From Eledone cirrhosa (Eukaryota), in contig OZ024743.1 in assembly GCA_964016885.1 (NCBI GenBank), positions 249,240,001-249,304,000 of the forward strand: DNA of 64,000 nucleotides. The letters run 5' to 3'. The notes below the pieces were generated by a model. It made no database searches. It had not been told where the DNA came from and saw only the letters and a program-made list of their open reading frames with translations. The position numbers were made by a program, and so were the translations under genes. Shown here piece by piece: positions 60,501 through 64,000 of the stretch (positions are counted from its first letter, which is position 1; each line of letters starts with the position of its first letter).

Positions 60501-63269
60501 GTTAACTACATAGGCAACAGTAATATGTTAACTACGTAGACAATAGTAATGTTTTAACTATGTAGACAACAGTAATGTGTTAACTACATAGGCAACACTA
60601 ATATGTTAACTACATAGACAACAGTAATGTGTTAACTATGTAGGCAACAGTAATATGTTAACTACATAGAAAATAGTAATATGTTAACTACATAGGCAAC
60701 AGTAATGTGTTAACTATATAGACAACAGTAATGTGTTAACTACATAGACAACAGTAATGTGTTAACTACATAGGCAACAGTAATATGTTAAATACATAGA
60801 CAACTGTAATGTGTTAACTACATAGACAACAGTAATGTGTTAACTACATAGGCAACAGTAATATACTAAATACATAGACAACTGTAATGTGTTAACTACA
60901 TAGACAACAGTAATGTGTTAACTACATAGGCAACAGCAATATGTTTAATACATAGACAACTGTAATGTGTTAACTACATAGACAACAGTAAAGTGTTAAC
61001 TACATAGACAACAGTAAAGTGTTAACTACATAGACAACAGTAAAGTGTTAACTACATAGACAACAGTAATGTGTTAACTAAATAGTCAACAGTAATATGT
61101 TAACTACATAGACAACAGTAATGTGTTAACTACATAGGCAACAGTAATATGTTAAATACATAGACAACTGTAATGTGTTAACTACATAGACAACAGTAAA
61201 GTGTTAACTACATAGACAACAGTAAAGTGTTAACTACATAGACAACAGTAATGTGTTAACTACATAGACAACAGTAATGTGTTAACTACATAGACAACAG
61301 TAATGTGTTAACTACATAGGCAACAGTAATATGTTAACTACATAGACAACAGTAAAGTGTTAACTACATAGGCAACAGTAAAGTGTTAACTACATAGGCA
61401 ACAGTAAAGTGTTAACTACATAGGCAACAGTAAAGTGTTAACTACATAGACAACAGTAATATGTTAACTACATAGGCAACAGTAATATGTTAACTACATA
61501 GACAACAGTAATGTGTTAACTACATAGACAACAGTAATGTGTTAACTACATAGGAAAAAGTAATGTGTAAACTACATAGGCAACAGTAAAGTGTTGACTA
61601 CAAAGGCAACAGTAATATGTTAACTACATAGACAACAGTAATATGTTACCTACATAGACAACAGTAATGTGTTAAGTACATAGAAAACAGTAATGTGTTA
61701 AGTACATAGACAACAGTAATGTGTTAAGTACATAGACAACAGTAATATGTTAACTATATAGACAAGAGTAATGTGTTAACTACAAAGGCAACAGTAATAT
61801 GTTAACTACATAGACAACTGTAATGTGTTAACTACATAGGCAACAGTAATATGTTAAGTACGTAGACAATAGTAATGTTTTAACTATATAGACAACAGTA
61901 ATGTGTTAACTACATAGGCAACAGTAATATGTTAACTACATAGACAACAGTAATGTGTGAACTATGTAGGCAACAGTAATATGTTAACTACATAGACAAC
62001 AGTAATATGTTAACTACATAGGCAACAGTAATGTGTTAACTATATAGACAACAGTAATGTGTTAACTACATAGACAACATTAACGTGTTAACTACATAGG
62101 CAACAGTAATATGTTAAGTACATAGACAACTGTAATGTGTTAACTACATAGACAACAGTAAAGTGTTAACTACATAGACAACAGTAAAGTGTTAACTACA
62201 TAGACAACAGTAATGTGTTAACTACATAGACAACAGTAAAGTGTTAACTACATAGACAACAGTAATGTGTTAACTACATAGGCAACAGTAATATGTTAAC
62301 TACATAGACAACAGTAAAGTGTTAACTACATAGGCAACAGTAAAGTGTTAACTACATAGGCAACAGTAAAGTGTTAACTACATAGGCAACAGTAAAGTGT
62401 TAACTACATAGACAACAGTAATATGTTAACTACATAGGCAACAGTAATATGTTAACTACATAGACAACAGTAATGTGTTAACTACATAGACAACAGTAAT
62501 GTGTTAACAACATAGGCAACAGTAATGTGTAAACTACATAGGCAACAGTAAAGTGTTGACTACATAGGCAACAGTAATATGTTAACTACATAGACAACAG
62601 TAATATGTTAACTACATAGGCAACAGTAATATGTTAACTACATAGACAACAGTAATGTGTTAACTACATAGACAACAGTAATGTGTTAACTACATAGGCA
62701 ACAGTAATGTGTAAACTACATAGGCAACAGTAAAGTGTTGACTACATAGGCAACAGTAATATGTTAACTACATAGGCAACAGTAATATGTTAAGTACGTA
62801 GACAATAGTAATGTTTTAACTATATAGGCAACAGTGATATGTTAACTACATAGTCAACAGTGATATGTTAACTACATAGACAACAGTAAAGTGTTAACTA
62901 CATAGCCAACAGTAATGTGTTAACTACATAGGCAACAGTAATATGTTAACTACATAGACAACAGTAAAGTGTTAACTACATAGGCAACAGTAAAGTGTTA
63001 ACTACATAGGCAACAGTAAAGTGTTAACTACATAGGCAACAGTAAAGTGTTAACTACATAGACAACAGTAAAGTGTTAACGACATAGGCAACAGTAATGT
63101 GTTAACTATATAGGCAACAGTGATATGTTAACTACATAGGCAACAGTGATATGTTAACTACATAGACAACAGTAATGTGTTAACTAAATAGACAACTGTA
63201 ATATGTTAACTACATACACAACAGTAATATGTTAACTACATAGACAACAGTAATATGTTAACTAGATAG

Positions 63270-63835
63270 GCAACAGTAATGTGTTAACTACATAGGCAAC
63301 AGTAAAGTGTTAACTACATAGGAAACAGTAATGTGTTAACTACATAGGCAACAGTAATGTGTTATCTACATAGGCTACAGTAATGTGTTAACTACATAGG
63401 CAACAGTAATGTGTTAACTACATAGACAATAGTAATGTGTTAACTACATAGGCAACAGTAAAGTGTTAACTACATAGACAACAGTAAAGTGTTAACTACA
63501 TAGGCAATAGTAATGTGTTAACTATATAGGCATAAGTAATGTGTTAACTACATAGACAACAGTAATATGTTAACTACATAGGCAACAGTAATGTGTTAAC
63601 TACATAGGCAACAGTAAAGTGTTAACTACATAGGAAACAGTAATGTGTTAACTACATAGGCAACAGTAATGTGTTATCTACATAGGCTACAGTAATGTGT
63701 TAACTACATAGGCAACAGTAATGTGTTAACTACATAGACAATAGTAATGTGTTAACTACATAGGCAACAGTAAAGTGTTAACTACATAGACAACAGTAAA
63801 GTGTTAACTACATAGGCAATAGTAATGTGTTAACT
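63270..63835. repeat. Short tandem duplication, offset 312 bp (12 monomers)
   Basis: GGAAAC 63321/63633 and GGCAATAG 63503/63815. Confidence 0.8.
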
Positions 63836-64000
63836 ACATAGGCAACAGTAATGTGTTAAATACATCGACAACAGTAATCTGTTAACTACATACACAACAG
63901 TAATATGTTAACTACATAGACAACAGTAATATGTTAACTACATAGGCAACAGTAATGTGATGTCTATATAGGCATAAGTAACGTGTTAACTACATAGACA

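Larger units (their letters stand above)
1..64000. repeat. Tandem satellite array of a 26-bp monomer, consensus ACTACATAGRCAACAGTAAWRTGTTA, about 2,460 copies, truncated at both window edges
   Basis: Positions 1-26 (ACTACATAGACAACAGTAATGTGTTA) recur head-to-tail through the whole window, usually with 0-3 substitutions per copy and rare indels of -1, +1, -3 or +4 bp. Most monomer junctions contain GTTAAC (HpaI site). No non-repeat sequence was seen. Confidence 0.99.

Noticed and set aside
1-64000. CRISPR array (repeat length in range, partly palindromic)
   Set aside because: Monomers abut directly with no unique spacers, and no leader or cas genes are present.
1-64000. Repetitive protein-coding ORF
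   Set aside because: Each consensus monomer has TAG and two TAA on the plus strand and TAA and TAG on the minus strand. Because 26 is not a multiple of 3, these stops rotate through all frames within 78 bp.
1-64000. Long ORF under a code with TAA/TAG reassigned (e.g. ciliate code 6), since TGA and TCA are absent from the consensus
   Set aside because: Frequent -1, +1 and +4 indel monomers and single-monomer (26-bp) gains and losses would shift the frame freely, and no 78-bp or codon-position constraint is visible.
1-64000. Telomerase-synthesised long telomeric repeat like the 23-26 bp repeats of some budding yeasts
   Set aside because: There is no G-rich strand, and kilobase blocks of ordered variants are copied intact, which indicates recombination or duplication and not templated addition. 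A recombination-maintained terminal array cannot be excluded from this window alone.
1-64000. Rolling-circle or sequencing concatemer artefact
   Set aside because: Variants are heritable, nested and region-specific with many different periods, unlike random error on a single circular template. Individual block duplications could still be misassembled.
1-64000. Embedded transposon, inversion or unique island
   Set aside because: No departure from the monomer longer than a few bases and no reverse-complement monomer tract was seen by eye; a very short insertion could have been missed.

Overview
The whole 64 kb window is one uninterrupted, single-orientation, head-to-tail tandem array of a 26-bp AT-rich monomer. 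The consensus is ACTACATAG(A/G)CAACAGTAA(T/A)(G/A)TGTTA, about 31% GC, with roughly 2,460 copies (64000/26); the array runs off both ends. I found no genes, RNA genes, transposon fragments, CRISPR spacers or unique sequence. It is best read as satellite/minisatellite DNA, probably eukaryotic (inference; I do not recognise the family). The information lies in the variant monomers: ordered cassettes of variants, near-identical block duplications (offsets 312, 806, 1246, 1688, 2470, 2522, 3919, 5821, 6111 and 6801 bp), and a roughly 7-copy higher-order repeat of 47-52 monomers at about 45.3-54.6 kb. There are also region-restricted variants that link the two ends of the window, several recurrent variants that create palindromes, and two hypervariable sites showing the CG/TG/CA/TA quartet expected from CpG decay. 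All offsets were measured by eye from marker variants, so block boundaries are approximate. I cannot support a novel gene-encoded system here.
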